A stretch of DNA of 64,000 nucleotides from an uncultured Thermoleophilia bacterium (GTDB taxonomy: Bacteria; Actinomycetota; Thermoleophilia; UBA2241): positions 288,001 through 352,000 of the forward strand of contig CAVPCT010000003.1 of NCBI GenBank assembly GCA_963702475.1, given 5' to 3'. Shown here piece by piece: positions 10,054 through 19,854 of this stretch. Position 1 is the stretch's first letter, and every line of letters starts with the position of its first letter. The notes under the pieces were generated by a model that worked only from the letters and a program-made list of their open reading frames with translations, was not told the origin of the DNA and searched no databases. Made by a program: the position numbers and the translations under genes.

Positions 10054-11241
10054 TCAGACCTCGCTTGTCTCGTCTTGCCGGCCGTCCTTCGTGGCGGCAT
10101 CGGCCGGTGCGGCGAGGGGTCCCTTCAGCAGCACCAGCACGATGAGGCCGCCGCAGATGGCGATGGCCACCTGGAACGGCAGCGCGTAGGAGGCGCCGTA
10201 CAGCAACCCGCCGAGCGCCGCGCCGCACACCATGGGCACGCCCATGGCCGTGTCGAACACGGCGTAGCCCCACTGCAGCGGCGCGTGGCCGAAGGAGCGC
10301 GGCAGGATCATCGACGGCATGAGCCGCAACGTGTCGAAGGCGCCGTAGCAGAGCATGGCGACGGCCCATATCCCAGGACCGGCGCCGGTGATCAGCAGCA
10401 CGCAGCCGAGCAGGAGCAGGACGATGGCGCTGCCGGCCCCGGCCCTCGCCCCCCAGCGGTCGGTGAGCCGGCCGACCAGCTGCATCGAGAGCACCCCGCC
10501 GAGCGCCACGAGCGACGAGTAGACGCCGAGGGCCGCGTAGCTCTGGTCGTGCACCTGCGCGAGGAACGGGTTCACGAACGGCTGCGCCACGTAGACGGCG
10601 AGAAAGCCGACCAGGAAGAACGCGACGTGGCCGCGGAACGTGGCCCCGCGGAAGAGGTGGCGGATGCGCCACGGCTCGCGCGGGGGGTGGTTCGGCGTGT
10701 CGCGCACGAAGCAGACCACGGTGGCCGACAGCGTGTAGGCCACCGTGCTGAAGAGGAACACGGTACGCATGCCGGCCTCCTGGGCGATCCAGCCGCCGAT
10801 GAGCGGCGCGGCCACCAGACCGAGCGAGTACGAGCCGAAGACGAAGGCCATGCTGGTGCCCACGGTCCCGCTCTCGGACTTGAGGTACACGTACGCCTTG
10901 AACACCGGCATGTTCGCGTAGGCGAGGCCGAACAGGATGAGGCCGGGGACGAGCCACTGCCAGGTCGGGGCGAAGTAGAACGCCAGCGAGGTGGGCACGA
11001 GCAGCCACCACGTGCCCACGAGGACGGGTTTGAGGCGGAAGCGCGTGGCCGCCCAGGCGCCCGGGATGTTCACCACCATGATGGTCGCGAGCATCAGCGC
11101 GTTGAGCAGTCCGATGGTGAACCGCGAGGCGCCGAGCTGCAGCGCGTAGACGAAGAGCAGCTGCTGGTAGAGGCCAAGCCCCGTGGAGTACAGGACGTTG
11201 GCGGCGGCCAGCAGCTTGAAGTCCCTGTCGAGTCGGGTCAC
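10054..11241 (-). CDS. MFS transporter
   Basis: About 12 hydrophobic segments; GRLTDRWG motif A. Confidence 0.85.
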   Translation of the reverse strand: MTRLDRDFKLLAAANVLYSTGLGLYQQLLFVYALQLGASRFTIGLLNALMLATIMVVNIPGAWAATRFRLKPVLVGTWWLLVPTSLAFYFAPTWQWLVPGLILFGLAYANMPVFKAYVYLKSESGTVGTSMAFVFGSYSLGLVAAPLIGGWIAQEAGMRTVFLFSTVAYTLSATVVCFVRDTPNHPPREPWRIRHLFRGATFRGHVAFFLVGFLAVYVAQPFVNPFLAQVHDQSYAALGVYSSLVALGGVLSMQLVGRLTDRWGARAGAGSAIVLLLLGCVLLITGAGPGIWAVAMLCYGAFDTLRLMPSMILPRSFGHAPLQWGYAVFDTAMGVPMVCGAALGGLLYGASYALPFQVAIAICGGLIVLVLLKGPLAAPADAATKDGRQDETSEV

Positions 11242-11301
11242 GGCGTCTCCTGGGGCGGGGACGCGATTCTAGCCGCCGGGGTCGCCGCGGCGTAGTGCCG
11301 C

Positions 11302-12075
11302 CTACACCGTCGGCGGCACGTTGATCTCCCTGCCGCCGCTCACGTTCAGCAGCGCGCCGGTCACGTAGGAGGCGGCGGGCGAGCAGAGCCAGAGCACGGC
11401 CTCGGCCACCTCGTCCGGCGTCCCCACACGGGCCAGCGGGACGAAGGCCCGCGCCCGGCGCTCCACCTCCGCCAGGGGGACGTCGCCGTCGTCCCACATC
11501 TCCGTCGCCGTCATGCCGGGCCGCACGCCGCAGACGCGGATGCCCTGCCCGGCCACCTCCCGCGCGAGGCCGAGTGTGAGAGCGTCCACCGCGGCCTTGC
11601 TGCCCGCGTAAACGACGTCGCCCGGCATGCCCCCGTAGAGCGCCGCGATGGAGGAGATGTTGACGATCACCCCGCCGCTGCCGCCGCGCTCGGTGGACAT
11701 GCGGCGCACGGCCTCCCGCGCACAGAGGAATGGCCCGAAGGCGTTGACCGAGAAGACGGACTGCAGCTGCTCGGGCGTCACCTCGGAGACGGACACCGGG
11801 ACGTCCACGCCCGCGTTGTTGACGAGCGCGGTCACCAGGCCGAGGCGCTCGTCCGCCTCGGCGAACAGGCGCACCACGTCGGCGTGGACGGCGACGTCGG
11901 CCTGGACGGCCGTCGCGGTGCCGCCGCCGGCCACGACGGCCGCGACGACGGCGTCAGCAGTGTCGGCGCGCCTGCGGTAGCCGACGCACACCTTCCAACC
12001 GTCGGCGCCGGCCTTCTTCGCGATGGCGGCGCCGATACCGCGGCCGCCGCCTGTGACGATCATGACGCCCGTCAT
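11302..12075 (-). CDS. SDR-family oxidoreductase
   Basis: TGGGRGIG, LVNNAG, NISS, YAGSK. Confidence 0.9.
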   Translation of the reverse strand: MTGVMIVTGGGRGIGAAIAKKAGADGWKVCVGYRRRADTADAVVAAVVAGGGTATAVQADVAVHADVVRLFAEADERLGLVTALVNNAGVDVPVSVSEVTPEQLQSVFSVNAFGPFLCAREAVRRMSTERGGSGGVIVNISSIAALYGGMPGDVVYAGSKAAVDALTLGLAREVAGQGIRVCGVRPGMTATEMWDDGDVPLAEVERRARAFVPLARVGTPDEVAEAVLWLCSPAASYVTGALLNVSGGREINVPPTV

Positions 12076-12156
12076 CCCGCCCCCCTGTCGTCGGTCCGAC
12101 CGCTAACGCCGAGGAGCAAGGCCCGAACACCGGCGGACGGACGGAAGTGCGTGGTC

Positions 12157-12940
12157 TCAGGCGTCGACGCCCGGCGTGCCGGTGCCCGTATCGGGGATGC
12201 TCGCATCCGGGCCCTGCTCCTGCGCACTCTCAGCCTCGAGGATCGTCCGCTCCACGAACGTCTTCCAGAGCGCGAGCGCGCGCGGGACGTCGACTTTGGC
12301 CGGGTCGGCGAGCATCTGGATCGCGAGCCCGTCGGCCAGGGCGACGGTGAGCGCGCGCCAGGTCGGCGATGACCGGCGGCACGTCGTCTCTGTCGCCCCA
12401 GAACCCTCGCACGTTGAGGTCGCGATACGCCTGCAGAAGGTCCGAGAGCTGCCGGGCCATGCCCGGGTCGCGGAGCACGTGAGGCAGCAGGTCGAAGTAG
12501 GCCCGGTACGACGTCGAGTCGGCGAGCATGCCGGCGGCGGCGCCGTCGATGAGCAGGTCGAGGGCGTCGTGGCCGCGGGAGAGCTGCGCCAGCCGCTGCC
12601 AGACCTCCCACAAGTAGTCGTACATGAGCCAGTCGACGAGGGCCACGAGCAGGCCGTTCTTGTCTCCGAAGTAGTAGCGGATGAGGGCCTTGTTCTCACC
12701 GGCCTCGTCGGCGATGGCCTGCACGGAGAGCGCGCGGAAGCCGGAGCGCACGAGCAGGCGCCGGGCCGCCTCCAGGAGCCTGCGGGCGGTCGGCGGCATG
12801 TCCGGCTGCAGCGAGGGCGGGCCGATGGCAGCGCTCGCCGCCGGGCGCGAACGGGTCAAGGTCCCCCTGGGGGTCTTGCGCGCCGCTCTCGCGGGGGCGC
12901 GGCGGCGCGCGTCTGAGGCGTTGCGAGTGTCGTCGCTCAC
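12157..12940 (-). CDS. TetR-family regulator divergent from mttB, frameshifted near 12355
   Basis: LLEAARRLLVRSGFRALSVQAIADEAGENKALIRYYFGDK; C-terminus ALADGLAIQ in a second frame. Confidence 0.8.
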
Positions 12941-13060
12941 GTCGTCATCTTAGCAGTCGGCGGGCGCGTGCGGCGACGGACTTGTTCATACGGATACTCT
13001 CGGTCTCTCGCCGATGCACTTGTGTATTCCTTAGCAAATAGGCGGTTTATTCACTGGGCA

Positions 13061-13113
13061 TTGACAGGTCAAGCGCAAGGAGATACAAGGTGTTATTTAT
13101 CCGTTCGTATAAA
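13061..13113 (+). promoter_or_regulatory. Putative mttB promoter (TTGACA) and inverted-repeat operator
   Basis: AT-rich divergent spacer; TTGACA at 13061, TACAAG 17 bp downstream, TTTAT-ccgttcgt-ATAAA at 13096-13113. Confidence 0.5.
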
Positions 13114-13161
13114 CACCCCCACTCCGCCGATCGCGGGTGATGGGCCGGCGAAAGGAGCTGG

Positions 13162-14634
13162 ATGAGACGAGGAGCTCAGAACGCCCTTCACAGCGGAGGC
13201 GTGTCGCAGACCCTCTTCACTGAGGCCGACCTGGACGACCTGCACTCCGCCACCGTCCAGGTCCTGGAGCGCGCCGGCGTGCTGGTCGAGAGCGACGAGG
13301 CGCTGAACGTCTTCGCCGACGGCGGTTGCCGCGTGGACCGGGAGACGCACATCGTGAAGATCCCGGAGCACGTGCTGGCCGATGCCCTGGCCTCGGCGAA
13401 GTCGAGCTTCTGGCTGTGCGGCCGCGACCCCGAGGACGACGTCCTCGTGGAGGTCGGCCGCACCTGCGTGTCGCCGTTCGCCGAGGGCCTGCTCGTGAAC
13501 GACCTCGAGACCGGCGAGAACCGGCCGTCCACGAAGGCCGACGTGGCCATGCACTGCCGCATCGCCGACGCCCTCGAGCAGATGGACTTCAACATCGTCT
13601 CGGTGACGGCGCGCGACGTGCCTCCGGAGACGGCCGCCGTCCACAACCTCGCGGCGGCCCTGCCCAACACCACCAAGCCCATGAACATGTCGATGACCAC
13701 GCGGCACGAGGCGGAGCTGTGCATCGACATGGCGGCGGCGGTCGTCGGCGGCCGCGATGCGCTTCGCGAACGGCCGCTGGTCTACTTCGGCAGCTGCCCC
13801 GTGGCGCCCATGAACCTCTGCGAGACGCTCACCGACGCGTTGATCCCGACGGTGCGCGCCGGCCTGCCGTTCCTCACGATCTCCATGGGCATGGCCGGCG
13901 GATCGACGCCGATCACGCTGGCCGGCACGCTCGTCGTCCAGAACACGGAACTACTGGCGACGTACGTGCTCACGCAGCTGGTGAACCGCGGCAACGCGTT
14001 CGTCTACGGCAACTCGACCTGCACGATGGACCTGCGCTGGGGCTCCAGCGCCGTGGGCACGCCGGAGACGGCGCTGTACCAGGCCGGCAGCGTCGCCTTG
14101 GCGACCTACTACGGCCTGCCGAGCTGGTCCGCCGGCTACTAGGCGGACTCCAAGGTGAGCGACTGCCAGGCCGGGCACGAGAAGACACTCACCGGGCTCA
14201 CGACGCTGCTGGCAGGGTCCAGCATCATCTACGGCCCCGGGATGCTCGAGTCGGGCATGACCTTCGACCCGGCCCAGCTCGTCATCGACGACGAGATCGT
14301 GGCCATGACGCGCTTTCTCAAGCGGGGTGTCGCCGTCAACGATGCGACCACGGCGATCGAGGAGATCATCGCGGTCGGGCCGGCCGGCAACTTCCTGGAG
14401 CGCGACAGCACGCTCACGGGCTTCCGGTCTCTCACGTCACCGCGCCTGATCGACCGCAAGGTGCGCGAGGCCTGGGAGGCCGACGGCTCGCCCGACTTCT
14501 ACCAGAAGGCCCGCGTGCGCGCGCAGCAGCTTCTCGCGGAGCACGAGGTCGAGCCGCTCGGCGGCGGCGTGCTCGCCCAGATCCAGTCCATCGTCGTCGA
14601 GGCGGACGCGCAGTACGCAGCGGGCGGCGCGTGA
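13162..14634 (+). CDS. mttB: Trimethylamine:corrinoid methyltransferase, pyrrolysine-containing (in-frame TAG 14140-14142)
   Basis: ORFs 13162-14142 and 14155-14634 share a frame; joined sequence PSWSAGY-TAG-ADSKVSDCQAGHEKT; GGSTPITLAGTLV and GTPE motifs; 490 aa with amber at codon 327. Confidence 0.9.
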
Positions 14635-14672
14635 CCCATCCACCGGTGCTCCACGACTCAGGGGGAACGAAG

Positions 14673-15914
14673 ATGCGCAGTACGTCAGGCCGGGTCCTTC
14701 CCTTGCTGGCGCTCGGCCTCGCGGCCGCGGCGCTCATCGCCGGCTGCGGCGGCGACACCGGCAGCACCGGGGCGCGCGAGGAGAGCAGCGCGCCGGCCGC
14801 CGCCAGCGGCGAGCCGTTCAAGATCGGCTTCGACGAAGGCTTCACGGGCTTCATGGCGCTCGACACCATGCTCGTCGACCACGGTATCCAGACGGCCCTG
14901 GCGCAGATCGACGGCCAGGTCCTCGGGCGTCCGATCGAGTACCTCAAGGCCGACAACGCGTCCGACCCGGTGCAGGCCGTGGACAAGGCGCGGCAGCTCG
15001 TGGAGAGCGACGGCATCCACGCCATGCTCGGCCCCATGTTCTCGCCGTCCAATGCCGCCGTCACGGACTACCTCGCGCGCGACGGCGGCGGCATCCCGTC
15101 CATCTCGTTCATGGGCCAGCCCTACGAGAACATGAAGACGGCCGGCGGGCTGTCGTTCATCCCGACCGGGTTCTTCAGCGTCCCCGGGTACTACCTCGGT
15201 CAGTACGCGGCCGGCACCATGGGGTACACGACGGCGAACGTCATCTGCTTCGAGGACACCGCCTCGCGCGGCATGGTCGACGGCTTCAAGAAGGCGTTCA
15301 CGGAGGGCGGCGGCAAGGTCCTCAGTGAGGAGTTCGTGCCCTACGACGCCATCGACTTCGCCCCGTACATCACCACGATGCCCGAGGCGGACTGCACGAT
15401 CTACTGGATCTTCGGCAACGCCTCGGCGCCGTTCATCAAGCAGTATCGCGACTATGGCGTGGAAGCGCCGCTGCTCGCCCTGCAGGCCAGCTGCCTCACC
15501 GAGCAGCAGCTGCAGGAACTGGGCGACCTGGTGGTGGGCGTCAAAGGCGTGGACTACTACGTCAACACGCTCGACAACGAACTCAACGAGCGGTTCGTCA
15601 CGGACTACCGTGAGATGTGGGACGGCGAGTACCCGAACCTGAACTCCTGGGGAGGGTGGCTTGCGGTCAACCTCTTCGTGGAGGGATTGAAGACGACGAA
15701 TGGGGACACCACGCCGGCGAAGCTCATCGAGGCGATGTCGACGGCGACGCTCGACACGCCGTCGGGGTCCTACACGATGGCGGCGTTCGAGGACGCCTTC
15801 ACCGGCACCGGCAACATCTACATCTGCGAGGTGAAGAAGGGCGCCGAGCGGTACGAATGGGTGCCCGTCGAGACCTTCGAGCAGGTGAGGTTCACGGACA
15901 TCTCGGCAATGTGA
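14673..15914 (+). CDS. ABC transporter substrate-binding lipoprotein (LivJ/LivK-like fold)
   Basis: Lipobox LIAGC; GQVLGRPIEYLKADNASDP...LVESDGIHAMLGP. Confidence 0.85.
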   Translation: MRSTSGRVLPLLALGLAAAALIAGCGGDTGSTGAREESSAPAAASGEPFKIGFDEGFTGFMALDTMLVDHGIQTALAQIDGQVLGRPIEYLKADNASDPVQAVDKARQLVESDGIHAMLGPMFSPSNAAVTDYLARDGGGIPSISFMGQPYENMKTAGGLSFIPTGFFSVPGYYLGQYAAGTMGYTTANVICFEDTASRGMVDGFKKAFTEGGGKVLSEEFVPYDAIDFAPYITTMPEADCTIYWIFGNASAPFIKQYRDYGVEAPLLALQASCLTEQQLQELGDLVVGVKGVDYYVNTLDNELNERFVTDYREMWDGEYPNLNSWGGWLAVNLFVEGLKTTNGDTTPAKLIEAMSTATLDTPSGSYTMAAFEDAFTGTGNIYICEVKKGAERYEWVPVETFEQVRFTDISAM

Positions 15915-15933
15915 GCCGCGACCGCGGAGGGTG

Positions 15934-15977
15934 AGCGCGGCGGGCGGGCGGCCGGAGGGCCTCCCGCCCGCCGCGCT
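15934..15977. terminator. GC-rich hairpin between convergent genes
   Basis: AGCGCGGCGGGCGGG / CCCGCCCGCCGCGCT inverted repeat. Confidence 0.6.
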
Positions 15978-16001
15978 TCACGCGCGCGGGTCACCCGGAC
16001 G

Positions 16002-17397
16002 TCAGACCCCGGTCTGCGCCTCGACCCTGCCGTCGGCGATCGCCTGCTTGAGCGCCCTCCAGTCGGCCACGGTCTGGTCGGCGTAGGCCAGGGCGAACGC
16101 GCCCATCGCCTTGTCGAACACGGTGCCGGCGCCGAGGTAGGCGGCGATCGCGACCGGGTCGCCGGAGCGGGCGTGCGCCCGCGCGAGGCACCAGGCGCAG
16201 GCGTCCACGTAGTCGGTGAACTTCCTGGCCCCGAGCAGGCCGATCTCCGCGGACGCCTTCATGTCCTTGAGCTGCCGCCAGTAGTAGTGCTCCTTCACGT
16301 CCCTGATCGTGCTCCATCCGAGCAGGATGTCGCTGGACAGCTGCACCATGCGCTGGCCCAGCACCACGCGGGCTCCGTGGTGGCGGTAGGCGCTACGGCC
16401 GGCGTAGGGCTCGAGGACTGAGGCGTCGGCCTCCTTGAACTGCAGCACCAGGGCGTCGTTCTCGTCGCGGCCGACGAAGAGGGCCATGAAGCAGCGTGTG
16501 CCGACGCTGCCCACGCCGACGACCTTGCGTGCGACATCCACCATGCGGTAGCGGTCGAGGAGCACGCGACGCTCGGGCGCGAGACTCGTCCGGTACGCCT
16601 CGAAGCCCTTCCTGATCAGGTCCGTGACGAGGTCGGCGTCTCCCGGCTCCACGAGCTCGCGGAGGGGAGTGATGAGCGGCGGCATGCTCTTGAAACGGAG
16701 CCGGCCGTCGACCACCTCGGCGAGCTTGCCGATGACGTTGGCGCCCGTCTTGGTGCGGATCTTGCTGAGCCGCTTGTCGATGGTGGCGGCGCTCTTCTTG
16801 GTGGCCTGCTGGGCGGCGAGGTCCTCGACGTCGATGTGCGCGTACCAGACGTCGAGGTTGGCCGCCGCCGCGAACTGCGCCATGGACGTGCGGTAGACGG
16901 TTGCGGCGCGGGCGGCCGCCGCGAGCGCTTCGGCCTTGCCCATCTTGTTGTCGAGCCCCGCGACCGCGACGCTGGCTACCAGGCGCTTCGCGTCCCACTC
17001 CCACGGCGCCGGCAGGGTCTCGTCGAAGTCGTTCACGTCGAAAACGAGACGCCGGTCGGGGCTCGCGAACACGCCGAAGTTGGAGATGTGGGCGTCGCCG
17101 ATGGCCTGCACGCGCAGCCCGGTGACCGCGGCCGGCGCGATGTCGGCTGACCATGACCGCGGCGGCGCCGCGGAGGAAGGCGAACGGCGAGGCCGCCATG
17201 CGCCCGTAGCGGATCGGCAGCAGGTCCTGCTGCCGCGTCGCGCCCTGGTCCACCAGGATCCGGATGGGGTCGCGGCCGGCCGGCGGCGTGTGCTGCGCCA
17301 GCGCCTTGCGCGGTGCGGCTTCGCGCGCCGCGCGGCCCTTCGCGGTGCGCTCCTCGAGCGTCGGATGCTTCCTCGGAGTACGCTTGGGGTCGCTCAT
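16002..17397 (-). CDS. DUF2252-family protein (kinase-like fold), frameshifted near 17150
   Basis: IRYGRMAASPFAFLRGAAAVM, GDAHISNFG, DVNDFDET, KVVGVGSVGTR, WRQLKDMK, LARAHARSGD. Confidence 0.85.
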
Positions 17398-17476
17398 CGC
17401 AGGAGCCCTCCTTCAGGCCGGTTCGCCGGCGCGTCTGTCATCGTGTGAGGCCGGTCGTACCCGCCCGTGACGCTCC

Positions 17477-18130
17477 TCAGCCCTTGCTGCGGGCCTTGGC
17501 GCGCTGCGCGCGGACCAGCGGGTCGATGAGGATCAGCACCGAGAGCACCAGGTAGATGACGACCGCGACGAAGGGCAGGAACAGCCCAAACAGCGTCGCG
17601 ACCGCCTGGATGATCACCGCGACGAAGCGGTCGCGGCTGAACAAGCGCAGCTCGTCGTCAGCCGCGTCGTCGGCCGCTATCCCGGGTGTCCGCGCCGCGT
17701 AGCCGAACATCACGTTCACCATGAATGACGCGAGCGTCAGGTTGATGCCGAAGACGATCACGGCGATGTGCGCGGCGCTGTCGTCAAGATGGTTGGCGAG
17801 CAGGCTCGTCGTGAACGGCAGGAACGAGACGAACAGCAGCAGGAGCAGGTTGAGGCCCATCAACGGCCCGTCCGACGCCTTGATGAACCTGCCCAGCGTG
17901 CTGTGTGCGATCCACACCCCCCCGATGAACGCGAAGCTGATGAGGTAGCCGAGGTAGCTCGCCCACTCGGCGCCCAGCTCGTGAAGCAGCCCTACGGGGT
18001 CCGTCGGGACGTGCAGTTCCAGCACGAGAAGCGTGATCGCGATGGCGAACACGCCGTCCGAGAACGCCTCGAGGCGATTGGTGGGCAGCAGCCACGTGCG
18101 CGGCGGCCGCTTGGTGGTGATCTCGCTCAT
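17477..18130 (-). CDS. TMEM175-family (DUF1211) K+/H+ channel
   Basis: RLEAFSDGVFAIAITLLVL signature. Confidence 0.9.
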   Translation of the reverse strand: MSEITTKRPPRTWLLPTNRLEAFSDGVFAIAITLLVLELHVPTDPVGLLHELGAEWASYLGYLISFAFIGGVWIAHSTLGRFIKASDGPLMGLNLLLLLFVSFLPFTTSLLANHLDDSAAHIAVIVFGINLTLASFMVNVMFGYAARTPGIAADDAADDELRLFSRDRFVAVIIQAVATLFGLFLPFVAVVIYLVLSVLILIDPLVRAQRAKARSKG

Positions 18131-18258
18131 CGGTCACCCTCCGGTCCATGCTCTCGAGCCCGTCGGTGAGCGAATGGGTCCGTCGGGCTCCCAGTTTTTT
18201 AGGACCGAATGGTAACATAAGTGGTCCGTCCTGAACTCGCCGACGACGGGAGCGTTCA

Positions 18259-19239
18259 GTGCCCGCAGAGAGCCCGCCTGCCGACGACCTCGACTCGACG
18301 GCGCTTCCCTCGGAGGTCTCCCTCGCACCGGCGTCTGAGGGCCTCGACTCTCCCCCGTCGGGGAGGCTCAGAAGGACCTGGTCCGCGTGGCGCTCGCTTC
18401 CGGACCGCCGCGCCTTGCATCCGCTCGTCGACGTCGTCCTGCGCCTGCTCGAGCGGCGCCGGGAGATGGCCGGCTCGCTGCTCGCCGGAGCCCTGGGCTA
18501 CCGCCTGTTCCTCGTGGCCCTGCCGCTCACGCTGATCGCCGTCGGCCTTCTGGGCTTCGGCGAGACCACGTCGACGGCCGACGCCGAGGTCGTGACCAGG
18601 CGGCTGGGCTTGAACGGTCTCTTGGCAAGCGCCGTGCAGACGACCGGACGGCAGGCCGAGCAGCTGCGCTGGGTGACTCTACTCGGCGGCGTCGTCCTGC
18701 TGCTGTGGGCCACACACGCGCTCTTGCGGGCGCTGCGCACCGTGCACGCGTTCGCGTGGTCGCTGCCGATCCACCCGCTCCGCCGTCAGGCCCTGGCCGT
18801 GGCGCTGGCCGCGGGGGTGCTGATCGTCTCCACGGCCGCCTCCGGCGGCGTCAACGACGCCACCACGGCGTGGCCGTACTGGGCCGTCCTGGCCAACGCC
18901 GCCGTGCTTGTGGGCTACGGTGTCGTCTGGCTCTGGCTCTCGCTTTATCTGCCCAGCCGGGCGGAGCACTGGACGCAGCTGCTTCCCGGCGCCGTGCTCT
19001 TCGCCCTCGGCGTCAAGGCCATCCAGCTGTTCACCGTGTACTACGTGGCGCCGTTCCTTGACGAGCGCGCGGAGGTCTACGGCGTGCTTGGCTACGCCTC
19101 CATGGCGCTGCTCGTGCTGTACGCGTTCGGCGAGCTCGCAGTACTGGCAGCGCTGCTCAACGCCGCCGTGTTGGACCACCGGCTGGCGGCGCGGGCGGCG
19201 GCAAGCGAGGCTCGGGTGAGGGCCCCCGGAGAGACCTGA
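18259..19239 (+). CDS. YihY/BrkB-family membrane protein
   Basis: LAGALGYRLFL, LLPGAVL, EVYGVLG; multiple TM helices. Confidence 0.7.
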   Translation: MPAESPPADDLDSTALPSEVSLAPASEGLDSPPSGRLRRTWSAWRSLPDRRALHPLVDVVLRLLERRREMAGSLLAGALGYRLFLVALPLTLIAVGLLGFGETTSTADAEVVTRRLGLNGLLASAVQTTGRQAEQLRWVTLLGGVVLLLWATHALLRALRTVHAFAWSLPIHPLRRQALAVALAAGVLIVSTAASGGVNDATTAWPYWAVLANAAVLVGYGVVWLWLSLYLPSRAEHWTQLLPGAVLFALGVKAIQLFTVYYVAPFLDERAEVYGVLGYASMALLVLYAFGELAVLAALLNAAVLDHRLAARAAASEARVRAPGET

Positions 19240-19245
19240 CGGGGC

Positions 19246-19845
19246 TCAGCTCCCGGAGCCACGCAGGTGACAGATGAAGCGGCACGTGTCGGCGCCGAAC
19301 GCCTCGTGGCTGGCCGGCAGGACCGGCTCGCTCCCCACGCGGTGGCAGTGCAGGCAGGTCGCGAAGGCGCCGCTCACGGGATGGTCGATGTCCGGCGCAG
19401 GAAGTGCCGAGACGCCGGCCGGGGCGGGCTGCACGTCGGCCCTCCTCGCGTCTTCCGCGTGACAGAACGCGCACTCCTTCTCGGGCATGGTCAGGTGGTC
19501 CTCGGGCATGCCGAGCTCCAGCGCCGGGTCGCCGTGGCAGAGCACGCAGCGCTCGTCGCCCATCGCGACCGAGTGCGGCACGCGGACCGCTACGCGCACC
19601 GCGTGACAGGCGGTGCAGCCGGCGTCGCCGAAGTCGCGGTGCGTCACAGGCGCCGTGCCGGTGGCGCTCGAGTGGCAGCGCCCGCAGTCGGCGTTCGCGC
19701 TCGCGACGGGGTGGGGCACGGCGGGCGGCGGATCGGCGTCGGCATCGGGCGCCCGCGCCACGACCGCCCAGGCGAACGCAAGGCACGCCACCACGAACAG
19801 CAGCGCCACCAGTCCGACCACCGAGGTCACGATCCTGTGCGTCAC
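19246..19845 (-). CDS. Membrane-anchored multiheme c-type cytochrome (5 CxxCH + 1 CxxxCH)
   Basis: N-terminal TM helix; CGRCH, CTACH, CVLCH, CAFCH, CLHCH, CRFICH. Confidence 0.85.
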   Translation of the reverse strand: MTHRIVTSVVGLVALLFVVACLAFAWAVVARAPDADADPPPAVPHPVASANADCGRCHSSATGTAPVTHRDFGDAGCTACHAVRVAVRVPHSVAMGDERCVLCHGDPALELGMPEDHLTMPEKECAFCHAEDARRADVQPAPAGVSALPAPDIDHPVSGAFATCLHCHRVGSEPVLPASHEAFGADTCRFICHLRGSGS

Positions 19846-19854
19846 CGCGTCACC

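Noticed and set aside
13326-14672. N-terminal half of the 862-aa ORF
   Set aside because: Alternate frame of mttB; the lipoprotein starts at 14673 with its own signal peptide.
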